Shown: positions 1 to 8,653 of the stretch, in pieces
Layout: each line of letters begins with the position of its first letter
Numbering within the stretch: the stretch's first letter is position 1
Made by a program: the position numbers and the translations under genes
The notes under the pieces: generated by a model
What the model was told of the DNA's origin: nothing
What the model saw: only the letters and a program-made list of their open reading frames with translations
Databases searched by the model: none
DNA from: Actinomycetota bacterium
Lineage (GTDB): Bacteria > Actinomycetota > UBA4738 > CALAEC01
DNA length: 35,384 bases
Assembly (NCBI GenBank): GCA_036833435.1
Contig: DAITPV010000002.1
Coordinates: forward strand, 1 to 35,384
Direction of reading: 5' to 3'

Positions 1-1269
1 TCAGGCGGAGCGCTCGCGGCGGACGCGAGGCGGCCGGACCGGCTCTGCCTTGCGGACCAGCGAGGGGTTGACCCCAGACATGACCACGTCCTTGTCCACC
101 ACGCACTTCCGAACGTCCTTCTCGGACGGCAGGTCGTACATCACGCCGAGGAGGACCTCCTCCATGATGGCTCGGAGGCCGCGGGCGCCGGTGCCCCGAA
201 GCATGGACTGGTCGGCGATGCCCTCCAGGGCGTCGTCGGTGAACTCCAGCTCCACGCCGTCGAACTCGAAGAACTTCCGGTACTGCTTGATCAGCGCGTT
301 CTTCGGCTTGGTGAGGATGTCGATCAGGGCCTGGCGGTCCAGGTTGTGCACGTGGGTCATCACCGGGAGCCGACCCACGAACTCGGGGATCAGCCCGTAC
401 TTCAGCAGGTCCTCGGGGAGGACCTTGGCCAGAATCTCGCCGAGGTCCTTCTCCTCCACCTTGCGAACGTCGGCCCCGAAGCCCACACCCTTGCGGCCGA
501 TGCGCGTCTCGATGATCTTCTCCAGGCCGGCGAACGAGCCGCCGCAGATGAACAGCACGTTGGTGGTGTCGATCTGGATGAACTCCTGGTGCGGATGCTT
601 CCGGCCGCCCTGGGGCGGGACGCTGGCGGTGGTCCCCTCGAGGATCTTCAGGAGGGCCTGCTGGACCCCTTCGCCGGAGACGTCCCGAGTGATCGAGGGG
701 TTCTCGGACTTCCGGGCGATCTTGTCGACCTCGTCGATGTAGATGATCCCCGTCTCGGCCCGCTTGACGTCGTAGTCGGCGGCCTGGATCAGCTTGAGGA
801 GGATGTTCTCCACGTCCTCACCGACGTAGCCCGCCTCCGTCAGCGCGGTGGCGTCGGCGATGGCGAACGGCACGTTCAGCATCCGGGCCAGGGTCTGGGC
901 CAGGAGGGTCTTGCCACAGCCGGTGGGTCCCAGGAGCAGGATGTTCGACTTCTGGAGCTCCACGTCGTCCTGGGGACCGACCTGGATCCGCTTGTAGTGG
1001 TTGTACACGGCCACCGAAAGGACCTTCTTGGCCGGCTCCTGGCCGATGACGTAGTCGTTCAGGAACTCGTAGATCTCACGGGGCTTGGGGAGGTCCTCCA
1101 GCTTGAGCTCGGTGGTGTCGGAGAGCTCCTCCTCGATGATCTCATTGCACAGGTCGATGCACTCATCGCAGATGTACACGCCTGGGCCGGCGATCAGCTT
1201 CTTGACCTGCTTCTGCGACTTTCCGCAGAACGAGCACTTGAGAAGATCCGAGTCTCCGAGCTTCGCCAC
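1..1269 (-). CDS. clpX: ATP-dependent Clp protease ATP-binding subunit ClpX
   Basis: 422-aa ORF with N-terminal C4 zinc ribbon (CSFCGK...CDEC), Walker A GPTGCGKT and Walker [10 protein letters not shown]. Lies directly downstream of clpP. GTG start at 1267-1269 preceded by GAGGAGAG. The stop codon is the first 3 nt of the window. Confidence 0.95.
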   Translation of the reverse strand: MAKLGDSDLLKCSFCGKSQKQVKKLIAGPGVYICDECIDLCNEIIEEELSDTTELKLEDLPKPREIYEFLNDYVIGQEPAKKVLSVAVYNHYKRIQVGPQDDVELQKSNILLLGPTGCGKTLLAQTLARMLNVPFAIADATALTEAGYVGEDVENILLKLIQAADYDVKRAETGIIYIDEVDKIARKSENPSITRDVSGEGVQQALLKILEGTTASVPPQGGRKHPHQEFIQIDTTNVLFICGGSFAGLEKIIETRIGRKGVGFGADVRKVEEKDLGEILAKVLPEDLLKYGLIPEFVGRLPVMTHVHNLDRQALIDILTKPKNALIKQYRKFFEFDGVELEFTDDALEGIADQSMLRGTGARGLRAIMEEVLLGVMYDLPSEKDVRKCVVDKDVVMSGVNPSLVRKAEPVRPPRVRRERSA

Positions 1270-1307
1270 GGTTCCCCCGCGCTCTCCTCTGGTCGGACCC
1301 CGGTATC

Positions 1308-1937
1308 TTACGCCTTGCCGTCGCCGGCGGACGCGAGTTCGGCCTGAAGCTGTCGGGACGTGATCACGTCGTCCACGATCCCGTACTCCTTGGCCTGCTC
1401 CGACGTCATGATGAAGTCTCGGTCGGTGTCCTTCTTCACCTTGTCCAGCGCCTGCCCGGTGTGCTCGGCGAGGATGTGGTCCAGGAGCTCACGGTACCGG
1501 AGGATCTCCTTGGCCTGGATCTCGATGTCAACGGCCTGGCCGCCGGCCTGCCCGTGCGGCTGATGGATCAGGACCCTGGAGTGCGGCAGCGCGAAGCGCT
1601 TGCCCTTGGTCCCCGCGGCCAGGAGCACCGCTGCGGCGGAGGCGGCCTGGCCCATGCAAACGGTGGACACGTCCGACTTGATGTACTGCATGGTGTCGTA
1701 CACCGCGAACAGCGAGGTGATGTCCCCGCCGGGCGAGTTGATGTAGATGTTGATGTCCTTGTCCGGCTCCTCGGACTCTAGATGGATGAGCTGGGCCATC
1801 ACCAGGTTGGCCACCTGGTCGTCGATGGGAGTACCCAGGAACACGATTCGGTCTTTCAGGAGCCGCGAGTAGATGTCGAACGAGCGCTCACCGCGATTGG
1901 TCTGCTCGATGACCACCGGGACCAGGTAGTTCTTCAT
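1308..1937 (-). CDS. clpP: ATP-dependent Clp protease proteolytic subunit ClpP
   Basis: 209-aa ORF with typical ClpP N-terminus ([22 protein letters not shown]), active-site Ser context GQAASAAA and His in LIHQPHG. Its ATG shares one nt with the tig stop (TGATG). Only one clpP copy is present in the window. Confidence 0.95.
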   Translation of the reverse strand: MKNYLVPVVIEQTNRGERSFDIYSRLLKDRIVFLGTPIDDQVANLVMAQLIHLESEEPDKDINIYINSPGGDITSLFAVYDTMQYIKSDVSTVCMGQAASAAAVLLAAGTKGKRFALPHSRVLIHQPHGQAGGQAVDIEIQAKEILRYRELLDHILAEHTGQALDKVKKDTDRDFIMTSEQAKEYGIVDDVITSRQLQAELASAGDGKA

Positions 1938-3271
1938 CAGTCCTTCCCTTCGGTTTCCTCGGAGGTGCTGGAACCCTCGGTGTCCACGGTTGCATGATCC
2001 ACGACCAGGGTGAGGGCTCTGTCTCGGATGATATCACCGGCCAGAGATGTCATCTGTCCGCTCGATTCGAGTGACCGGCGCACATCCTTCGCACTTCTAC
2101 CGGCGTCGCGGGCCAGGTCCTCGATGGTCTTGTCCAGCTCTTCGTCGGACACCTTGAGGTCTTCGGCTCGGGCCACGGCCTCCAACGCGAGGTCGGCACG
2201 GATGGCCCGGGTGGCATGGGCGCGGGCGTCGGAACGGAACCGCAGCTCGTCGATGTCCGAAGCTTTGAGGACTTCCTCGAGCGTCGTCCCCCCACGCTCG
2301 GCCCGCTGGCGGGCCGCTTCCACCCGTCGCTCGGTTTCCCGATCGACCAGCCGCTCCGGCAGCTCCGCGTCCACCTTCTCCGAGAGCGCCTGCAGGGCAG
2401 CGTCTCGCAGCTCGGCATCGGCCTGGGCTTCCTTCAACGTGCCCAGCTTGGTTCGAAGGTCCGCCCGCACCTCATCGAGGGTGTCGAACTCGGAGGCCGT
2501 TTTGGCGAAGTCGTCGTCCAGCTCCGGCAGCCGCTTGCCCTTGACCTCCTTGACCAGCACCGAGAACGTGACCTCCTGGCCCGCCCGGTCCCCGGCTCCC
2601 TCGGGAAGCGTGGCATTCACCTTGTGGATGCCACCCGGCCGGGCCCCCTCGAGCTCCTTGTCGAGCTCGGGAACGAGGGTCCCGCTCCCCACCTCGAGCA
2701 GGACACCCTGCCCTCCGGCTTCGGGGACCTCCTGGCCGTGGACCGTGGCCCGCACGTCGGCCACCACGAAGTCCCCCTTCGCCGCCGGCCGGCCGATCGA
2801 CTCCAGCTCCGCGAAACGCTCTCGGAGGCGGTCGAGCTGGTCGTCCACCTCGCGCTCGCTGACGGTGGAGGTTGGGCGAGTGAGGGTCAGGCCCTTGTAG
2901 TCGTCCTCTGAGAACTCCAGGCGGGGGCGGACGTCGACGGTGGCGGTGAACCGGACCCCCGACGTCTCGACGTCCGCCACCTCGACGTCGTCGAACTCCG
3001 GGTCAGCGATGGGAGCCAGCTCGTGCTCTCCGACCGCCTGGAGGTAGAACGTCGGGAGCGCATGCTCGAGGAACTCGCGGAGGATCGTTCCCCGGCCGAC
3101 CTGGGCCTCGATGACCTTACGGGGCGCCTTCCCCTTGCGGAACCCGGGCACATTGACCGAGCCGGCCAGGTGCTGGTAGGCGAGGTCCAGCACCGGCTTG
3201 GTCTCCTCCGGGGGGACCTCGACGGTCAGCTTGACGGTGTGCTTCCCGGTCTCTTCCAGGCGAGTTTCCAT
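1937..3271 (-). CDS. tig: trigger factor (ribosome-associated chaperone / PPIase)
   Basis: 444-aa ORF with the N-terminal ribosome-binding signature GFRKGKAP. Canonical tig-clpP-clpX order. Confidence 0.9.
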   Translation of the reverse strand: METRLEETGKHTVKLTVEVPPEETKPVLDLAYQHLAGSVNVPGFRKGKAPRKVIEAQVGRGTILREFLEHALPTFYLQAVGEHELAPIADPEFDDVEVADVETSGVRFTATVDVRPRLEFSEDDYKGLTLTRPTSTVSEREVDDQLDRLRERFAELESIGRPAAKGDFVVADVRATVHGQEVPEAGGQGVLLEVGSGTLVPELDKELEGARPGGIHKVNATLPEGAGDRAGQEVTFSVLVKEVKGKRLPELDDDFAKTASEFDTLDEVRADLRTKLGTLKEAQADAELRDAALQALSEKVDAELPERLVDRETERRVEAARQRAERGGTTLEEVLKASDIDELRFRSDARAHATRAIRADLALEAVARAEDLKVSDEELDKTIEDLARDAGRSAKDVRRSLESSGQMTSLAGDIIRDRALTLVVDHATVDTEGSSTSEETEGKD

Positions 3272-3325
3272 GCGCGCTCGAAAGAGAGTACACGCCGCTG
3301 GTCGCCGGCCCGAGAGCGGGCGGGG

Positions 3326-3556
3326 CTAGGCGGTGAGGGCGTGCCGCGAGGGGTACGTCTCGGTGGGGATGCGTCCCCACTCCCAGCCGCAGCTCCGGCA
3401 GTGCCATTGCTCGGCGTACGGGAGGGGTCCACCCACGATGACCTCGCCGCGGGCCTCCGCGTCAAGGCGCTCCAGTGCCGACAGCCCGTACAGGATGGGG
3501 ATGACATCCAGGGCCCGGCAATGGGGGCACCGCTGACGCCTCTGAGGCACGTGCAT
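3326..3556 (-). CDS. small zinc-ribbon protein, function unknown
   Basis: The 146-aa track ORF was trimmed to the internal ATG at 3554-3556, which has a strong SD (AAGGAGGAG) just upstream. The longer version would run through tRNA-Pro. The product has CPHC...CRSC pairs. Confidence 0.55.
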   Translation of the reverse strand: MHVPQRRQRCPHCRALDVIPILYGLSALERLDAEARGEVIVGGPLPYAEQWHCRSCGWEWGRIPTETYPSRHALTA

Positions 3557-3658
3557 CTTCGCTCCTCCTTGCTTCCTCGTGGGGAGCGTAGCCCCGGGCC
3601 GTTCGGGCCGGTATCCCCCGAAAGAGCCAATTTCCGAGTAGCCCCTTCGGGCTAGTCG

Positions 3659-3700
3659 TCGGGGCGGGCGGATTCGAACCGACGGACCTGGGTCTCGGCT
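3659..3700 (-). other. tRNA 3'-half-like fragment (T-arm plus acceptor 3' strand), no 5' half
   Basis: The minus strand reads ...GTCGG TTCGAAT CCGCC CGCCCCG A, a T-loop consensus with a 4/5-bp T stem and a 7-nt acceptor strand. The position where a 5' half would sit is occupied by tRNA-Pro. It resembles the tRNA-Pro 3' end. Confidence 0.3.
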
Positions 3701-3707
3701 TGGGGAG

Positions 3708-3782
3708 TCGGGATGGCCGGATTCGAACCGGCGACCTCGGCGTCCCAAACGCCGCGCGCTAACCAAGCTGCGCTACATCCCG
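3708..3782 (-). tRNA. tRNA-Pro (anticodon TGG)
   Basis: Manual cloverleaf: acceptor CGGGATG/CATCCCG, D stem GCGC/GCGC, anticodon stem CGGCG/CGCCG with loop TTTGGGA, T arm GCCGG-TTCGAAT-CCGGC. CCA is not encoded. Confidence 0.9.
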
Positions 3783-3843
3783 CGACCGGATTTTAGCCCC
3801 CTGAGGCGGTCCCGCCGCTAGCAGATCGGTTCGAAATCGCTGC

Positions 3844-3849
3844 TACAGT
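3844..3849 (+). promoter_or_regulatory. candidate -10 box (TACAGT) for tRNA-Gly
   Basis: A TAnnnT hexamer lies 10 nt upstream of the tRNA 5' end. The same context (GCTGC-TAnAnT) and spacing occur upstream of tRNA-His. Confidence 0.35.
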
Positions 3850-3858
3850 TGACCGTCG

Positions 3859-3933
<75 letters not shown>

Positions 3934-3937
3934 GCCC

Positions 3938-4798
3938 TCAGGCGTTGTCCCAGTCGATGGCGAACGAGGTGGGGTTCGCCGGGTCGGCCTTGACGGGAAC
4001 CTCATCCCCCGGCTCCAGTTGCGAGGCCCGCTCGGGTGGAACCCCGGCCATGGCCGGGCCCTGCACTGGTTGCTGACCTTGGATCTGGATCTGCAGCATC
4101 ATGCTGTGGATCGGCCGGCCCCGGTCGTCCATCTGCCCGGTCGGGGCCGAGGAGATGATCTTGGCCCGTCCGGGGATCCCGGTGGCCAGGATGCGCTTCT
4201 TGATCTCGTCGCCCTGGGCCGAAGGGAGCGGGGGCGGGGCGACCGGCATCTGGCCCATCTGGCTGCCAACCTGCATCCCACTCATGGGCATCCCCCCGAC
4301 CGGCATCCCGCCCATCGGAGCCACCATGGCGTTCTCCCACTCGATCACCAGGTTGTTGGGGTTGGCGGGGTCGACCTTCACCGGCAGGGGCCTGCCGCTC
4401 GATAACGTCCCCAGGAGCATGAGGGGCACGTACTCTCGCACCGTGACCGGATAGGCGGCGTGCATCTGGGTGGTGACCTGGAGCTGGAGCTCGATCTGTG
4501 GCTGCTCGTTCAGGTACACGCCGGTCTGGCGCATCCCGAGGATGGAGGCCTGGCCGGGGACGCCCTGCGTCCTCAGCCGGTCGGCTTCGGCGGCCTTCTT
4601 CGACCACGACCGGGCCCACACCATCAAGCCCAGCCCCACCACGCCGAGGATGCCGGCGGTGAGGATGAACCCTCCCCGGAGGATCGGGACCATCAGTGCG
4701 ATCACCAGGAACACTCCTGCCAGAACCAGCTCGAGGATCGCCGTGATCCACAGCCACCTCGCCGGCCGTTTTCCGAAGCTCGTCGGTGCCCCGAACAT
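3938..4798 (-). CDS. membrane protein with two tandem DUF3592-like beta domains joined by a Met/Gly/Pro-rich linker
   Basis: 286-aa ORF; ATG preceded by GGGAGGGGG. Two N-terminal TM helices. Internal duplication is visible from the two domain ends LPVKVDPANPNNLVIEWENA and VPVKADPANPTSFAIDWDNA. Confidence 0.7.
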   Translation of the reverse strand: MFGAPTSFGKRPARWLWITAILELVLAGVFLVIALMVPILRGGFILTAGILGVVGLGLMVWARSWSKKAAEADRLRTQGVPGQASILGMRQTGVYLNEQPQIELQLQVTTQMHAAYPVTVREYVPLMLLGTLSSGRPLPVKVDPANPNNLVIEWENAMVAPMGGMPVGGMPMSGMQVGSQMGQMPVAPPPLPSAQGDEIKKRILATGIPGRAKIISSAPTGQMDDRGRPIHSMMLQIQIQGQQPVQGPAMAGVPPERASQLEPGDEVPVKADPANPTSFAIDWDNA

Positions 4799-4885
4799 CC
4801 GTGTCCCCCTCCCGCGTCGTCGCGTCGCTGAAACTATCGGGCCGGACCGTCGGTCCAGTCAAGAGGGTTGATCGACCGAGGCATC

Positions 4886-4891
4886 TACAAT
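4886..4891 (+). promoter_or_regulatory. candidate -10 box (TACAAT) for tRNA-Arg
   Basis: A TAnnnT hexamer lies 8 nt upstream of the tRNA 5' end. Confidence 0.35.
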
Positions 4892-4899
4892 TGCCGTGA

Positions 4900-4972
4900 G
4901 CGCCGGTAGCTCAGGGGACAGAGCGGCTGCCTTCTAAGCAGCGGGTCGGGGGTTCGAATCCCTCCCGGCGCA
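4900..4972 (+). tRNA. tRNA-Arg (anticodon TCT)
   Basis: Manual cloverleaf: acceptor GCGCCGG/CCGGCGC, D stem GCTC/GAGC, anticodon stem GCTGC/GCAGC with loop CTTCTAA, T arm GGGGG-TTCGAAT-CCCTC. Confidence 0.9.
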
Positions 4973-4976
4973 CGCC

Positions 4977-6152
4977 TCACCCGGGCACCTCACCGGGAGA
5001 CTTCGGGGACAGAAGCCGATCCGCGATCGGTTCCGAGACCCGGGCCGCCACGGGGCCGACGACCGCGAGGACGAGCACGTAGGTGATGGCCAACGCACCC
5101 ACGTCGGCGTCGAGCCCACTGGCGATCGCGACGCCGGCGATCACGATCGAGAACTCCCCCCTCGCGATGAGGGTCGCTCCCGCCCGAGCTCGTCCACGCG
5201 GACCGATCCCAGCTCGGCGGGCGCTCCACCAACCGGTGGCGAACTTCGTCACGGCGGTGATGGCGCCGAGGAGCAGGGCCGACCCGAGCACGCCCGGGAT
5301 CAGGCCCGGGTCGATGCTGAGCCCGAAGAACGCGAAGAAGATCGCGGCCATGAAGTCGCGCAGGGGCGCCAGCAGGGCGCGAGCGCCCCGGGCGGCGGGC
5401 CCCGACAGGGCGATCCCGACGAGCAGCGCCCCGACGGCGGCGGATACCTGAACGAGCTCCGCGACGCCGGCGACGAGAACGGCGAGCCCCAGGATCGTGA
5501 GCAAGAGCGCCTCGTCAGACTGGCTGAACAGAAGCCTGCCGATGCCGACCTCGATCCGCGACGCGATGGCCAGGAACGCCACGACACCGGCCACCGTTAT
5601 GACGGCGATGCCGATACCTCCCACGGAGACTCCGCCGATCAACAGGCTCGCGAGCAAGGGCAGGTAGAGCGCCATGGCGAGGTCTTCCATCACCAGGATC
5701 GACAGCACCATGGGCGTCTCCGGATTGCCGACCCGGCCGAGATCGTGGATCAGCTTTGCGACGACCCCGGACGAAGACACGTAGGTGACTCCCCCCAGGA
5801 TTGCGGCCGCCAGCAGGCCCCATCCCATGATCAGTCCGAAGAGAAACCCAGGAGTGAAGTTCAGGACGGCATCGACGATGCCCACGGGCGCGTTCGCCCG
5901 GAGCGTTGAGACCAGCTCTCGAGCCGAGTACTCCAGGCCGAGGCTCAGAAGCAGGAGGATCAGCCCGATCTCCGCCCCGACCTCGATGAAATCGGCGGTG
6001 GTGACCAATGGGAGGACACCGCCCTTTCCGAACGCCAACCCGGCTAACAGGTAGAAGGGGATGGCGGGGATCGCCAGCCGACTGGCAAGGCGGGCCAGGA
6101 TCGCCAGGCCGAGGATGACTGCGCCGAGCTCGATCAGAACGGCCGATGGCAC
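4977..6152 (-). CDS. cation:proton antiporter (CPA2 / Kef-type membrane domain, no KTN domain)
   Basis: 391-aa polytopic hydrophobic ORF with a typical Na+/H+-exchanger-family N-terminus (LIELGAVILGLAILARLASRLAIPAIPFYLLAGLAFG). GTG start. Confidence 0.8.
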   Translation of the reverse strand: MPSAVLIELGAVILGLAILARLASRLAIPAIPFYLLAGLAFGKGGVLPLVTTADFIEVGAEIGLILLLLSLGLEYSARELVSTLRANAPVGIVDAVLNFTPGFLFGLIMGWGLLAAAILGGVTYVSSSGVVAKLIHDLGRVGNPETPMVLSILVMEDLAMALYLPLLASLLIGGVSVGGIGIAVITVAGVVAFLAIASRIEVGIGRLLFSQSDEALLLTILGLAVLVAGVAELVQVSAAVGALLVGIALSGPAARGARALLAPLRDFMAAIFFAFFGLSIDPGLIPGVLGSALLLGAITAVTKFATGWWSARRAGIGPRGRARAGATLIARGEFSIVIAGVAIASGLDADVGALAITYVLVLAVVGPVAARVSEPIADRLLSPKSPGEVPG

Positions 6153-6168
6153 GACACCACCTCCTCAC

Positions 6169-6543
6169 TCACTCTGGGGGAGGCCTCCCGAGCTGCTGGA
6201 GCCGCTCCTGGATGTCACTCGGCATTTCCACCCGCCATCCACTTGCTTCGAGCTCTGTTCGGCTGCGGACGACCTCTCCCACGGAATCGCCCCAATGCTT
6301 GAAGCGGAAGGTCCACGTCGCACCCTGGTCGATCACGTGCTGGACGACGACCTCCGACTCGGCACTCACGACCGTCAGAGGTAGCCAGTCGTCCCTGCCG
6401 GTGACCTCCACATCGATGTCGTACTCCGTCGGGTTGGCGATGATGATCCGGTCCACCGTAGGAGGCGGACCGGAGCACGCCCCGAGCAGAACCGCGAGCC
6501 CGAGGATGAGGAAGAGCGCGCGCCGGACCGAGTCTCCATGCAC
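6169..6543 (-). CDS. lipoprotein, function unknown
   Basis: 124-aa ORF with a signal peptide ending in the lipobox LLGAC. Immediately upstream of the antiporter on the same strand. Confidence 0.6.
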   Translation of the reverse strand: MHGDSVRRALFLILGLAVLLGACSGPPPTVDRIIIANPTEYDIDVEVTGRDDWLPLTVVSAESEVVVQHVIDQGATWTFRFKHWGDSVGEVVRSRTELEASGWRVEMPSDIQERLQQLGRPPPE

Positions 6544-6593
6544 TGGTGCCTCCAGGTCGCGCCGCAGGTCACCCTGCGGCTGGCTGTCAGGAT

Positions 6594-6968
6594 CTAGACA
6601 GGCTGAAGCCCTGGAGGTGCTCGGGTGACTGGATCGCGACGGACGACGAGGCGAGGGCCACTCCTCGACGGGAGACCACCAGAGATCGAGCCTCCCCAGA
6701 GCAGCAGGGCCGCTGCGGCCGCCGCGACCGCGAGGGAAACCGCCGCCGGCTGGGTGCGGAGATCGCTCGAGCGGGGCAAGCGGGTGGTGAGCTTCGGGAC
6801 CGCGGCGAGGTCACCTTGGTGGATGGTGGGCGCGAGGATCCGCGCTTCGAGCGGAGGCGGAGGCACCATCGCTCCATGTGGCCGGTCATACGACGCGGGC
6901 GCAAAGACGACCGCGGAAACCGAGACGAGAACCAGGGCTCGCCGCGCGCCTGAAGCCCATGACTTCAC
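6594..6968 (-). CDS. hypothetical membrane/secreted protein (weak call)
   Basis: Track ORF 6594-7019 trimmed to the GTG at 6966-6968, downstream of the CRTAC1-like stop. It has an N-terminal hydrophobic segment and a second Ala-rich hydrophobic segment, with no recognisable domain. Confidence 0.3.
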   Translation of the reverse strand: MKSWASGARRALVLVSVSAVVFAPASYDRPHGAMVPPPPLEARILAPTIHQGDLAAVPKLTTRLPRSSDLRTQPAAVSLAVAAAAAALLLWGGSISGGLPSRSGPRLVVRRDPVTRAPPGLQPV

Positions 6969-7003
6969 GATCGAAGGATACCGACAAGCCCGCTCGTGCG
7001 GGC

Positions 7004-8653
7004 CTACGCGGAGGGACAACCAGCAGGCAAACGGATGCCGCGGTTCGCCTCAACTCCTGACACCTCGAACGGTTCATTGCCCGGGATCTCCACCGTGAGA
7101 TCCACGGCGGTGGCGTCGCCCAAACCAAAATGAGCTTCAGGAGATGCGCCGGCTGAGTACCCCTCCGACGCGGTGATCTCTCGGACACCCAGCAACGCCT
7201 CCGGGTCTCCCACCTCACCGGCTCGGTATGCGGAGACCCGGGCTCCGATCCCCCACCCGAATCCCGGCCCCACGGAGACCGACAGCCAGTTCCCCGACGC
7301 GGTGTCGTTGTGCAGGAGCAGCGACGGGAGCGCCGGCTCCCACTCCACCAGGAGCACGTCCAGGCGCCCGTCCAGGTCCACATCGGCACTGGGGCCGGTG
7401 ACCCAGTACTGCGCAGCGCCGAGCCCCTCGGGGGTCGTGAACGTGGGGACCCCATCCTGGAGCCCAAGGTGGTGGAGGATCGCCGGCCTGGTTCCCTCCT
7501 CGGCTGACGCCGTGGTCAGGATGTCCGGCCACCCGTCGTTGTCGAAGTCCTCCACCTCCACATGCGGCGCCTTGGTCGGCAGCGCCGGCACGCCCGAGGC
7601 CTCGGTCACGTCCTCGAACGACGGATCGCCGTCGCCGTCCAGACCCCGGTTGAGGTACACCCGGACCGGGACGGGAGGACCCCCATCCAGCGTGCTGTTG
7701 TAGTGCTGGCCCAGCACCACGTCCTGGAGCCCGTCGCGGTTCAGGTCGGCGATGGCCACGCCGGCCACGTCGTCCTCGTCACCGAAGACCTCCCACCGAA
7801 ACACCTGGGAGTCGGCCTCCCGGAAGGTCCCGTCGCCGTTCGCCACGAACAGCCGATTCGAACCCGCCACGAACAGGTCCGCATGGCCGTCGTTCGTGAG
7901 GTCCGCAACTCCGACGCCCAAGCCCTGGATGTCACCGGGAAGGCCGGCGTCGGCGGTTCTGTTCTCGAAGCGCATCTCTCCCTGGTTCAGGAGCAGGACG
8001 CTGGACCCGCCGGACCACCGGTCCTCGGCGATGAAGAGATCCAGCAGCCCGTCGAGATTCGTATCCAGCACCCCCACCGACCGGCCCACCAGGTCCTCGG
8101 GGATGCCTGCATCCTCGACGAGCTCGAATCGCCCACCGTCGTTCCGCAACACCTCCGTGAGGCGGTCCCCTCGCTCGATAGACCTGGTGTTGCGCGAGGC
8201 GATGAGATCGAGGTCCCCGTCGGCGTCCAGATCGGCGAACGCCGCGCCGCTGGTTCGCCCCAGCTCCGCGGGGAACCCCGGCGCAGGCCGGAACCCGTCC
8301 GGGCTCCCGAGCAGCAGCCGATCCGGAGACGGCCCAGCGGCCCCTCGGAACGCGTAGTCCTCCTCCAGGCGGTCGGCAAACGTCCCCACGAACACGTCCA
8401 CCCACGGGTCGGCGTTCACATGGCCCCACGCCGCCGCGTGCCCGTACATCCCCCGGAGGGGCTCGACCAGACCAAGGCTCGCGGTGGCGTCGGAGAAGGA
8501 GATCTCGTCGGTGCCCGCCGCGGGCTCCGCTTCCCAGCAGCCCTCGGATGCTGCTCCGGATGCCGGCTCGGGGACATCGGTCCCGTCCGACGCCGACGAG
8601 CAGCCTGCCAGCACCGTGACCAACACGGCGACCGCCCAGGACCGAGGTGTCAT
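7004..8653 (-). CDS. CRTAC1-family lipoprotein (FG-GAP/VCBS repeats plus ASPIC/UnbV-like C-terminal domain)
   Basis: 549-aa ORF with lipobox VLAGCSS. Repeated D-x-D/N-x-DG-x-x-D calcium-loop/FG-GAP motifs (DLDADGDLD, DTNLDGLLD, DLTNDGHAD, DLNRDGLQD, DFDNDGWPD, DVDLDGRLD). The C-terminal NWLSVSV...GYSAGASPEAHFGLG is typical of UnbV_ASPIC. Confidence 0.8.
   Translation of the reverse strand: MTPRSWAVAVLVTVLAGCSSASDGTDVPEPASGAASEGCWEAEPAAGTDEISFSDATASLGLVEPLRGMYGHAAAWGHVNADPWVDVFVGTFADRLEEDYAFRGAAGPSPDRLLLGSPDGFRPAPGFPAELGRTSGAAFADLDADGDLDLIASRNTRSIERGDRLTEVLRNDGGRFELVEDAGIPEDLVGRSVGVLDTNLDGLLDLFIAEDRWSGGSSVLLLNQGEMRFENRTADAGLPGDIQGLGVGVADLTNDGHADLFVAGSNRLFVANGDGTFREADSQVFRWEVFGDEDDVAGVAIADLNRDGLQDVVLGQHYNSTLDGGPPVPVRVYLNRGLDGDGDPSFEDVTEASGVPALPTKAPHVEVEDFDNDGWPDILTTASAEEGTRPAILHHLGLQDGVPTFTTPEGLGAAQYWVTGPSADVDLDGRLDVLLVEWEPALPSLLLHNDTASGNWLSVSVGPGFGWGIGARVSAYRAGEVGDPEALLGVREITASEGYSAGASPEAHFGLGDATAVDLTVEIPGNEPFEVSGVEANRGIRLPAGCPSA

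Noticed and set aside
3557-3766. N-terminal extension of the 146-aa ORF 3326-3766 (-)
   Set aside because: It runs through tRNA-Pro and the tRNA-like fragment. An internal ATG with a strong SD gives a compact zinc-ribbon protein instead.
4002-4862. Alternative-frame 286-aa ORF overlapping the duplicated-domain membrane protein on the same strand
   Set aside because: Its product is Arg/Pro/Gly-rich with no TM or domain logic. The 3938-4798 frame has an SD, TM helices and a clear internal domain duplication.
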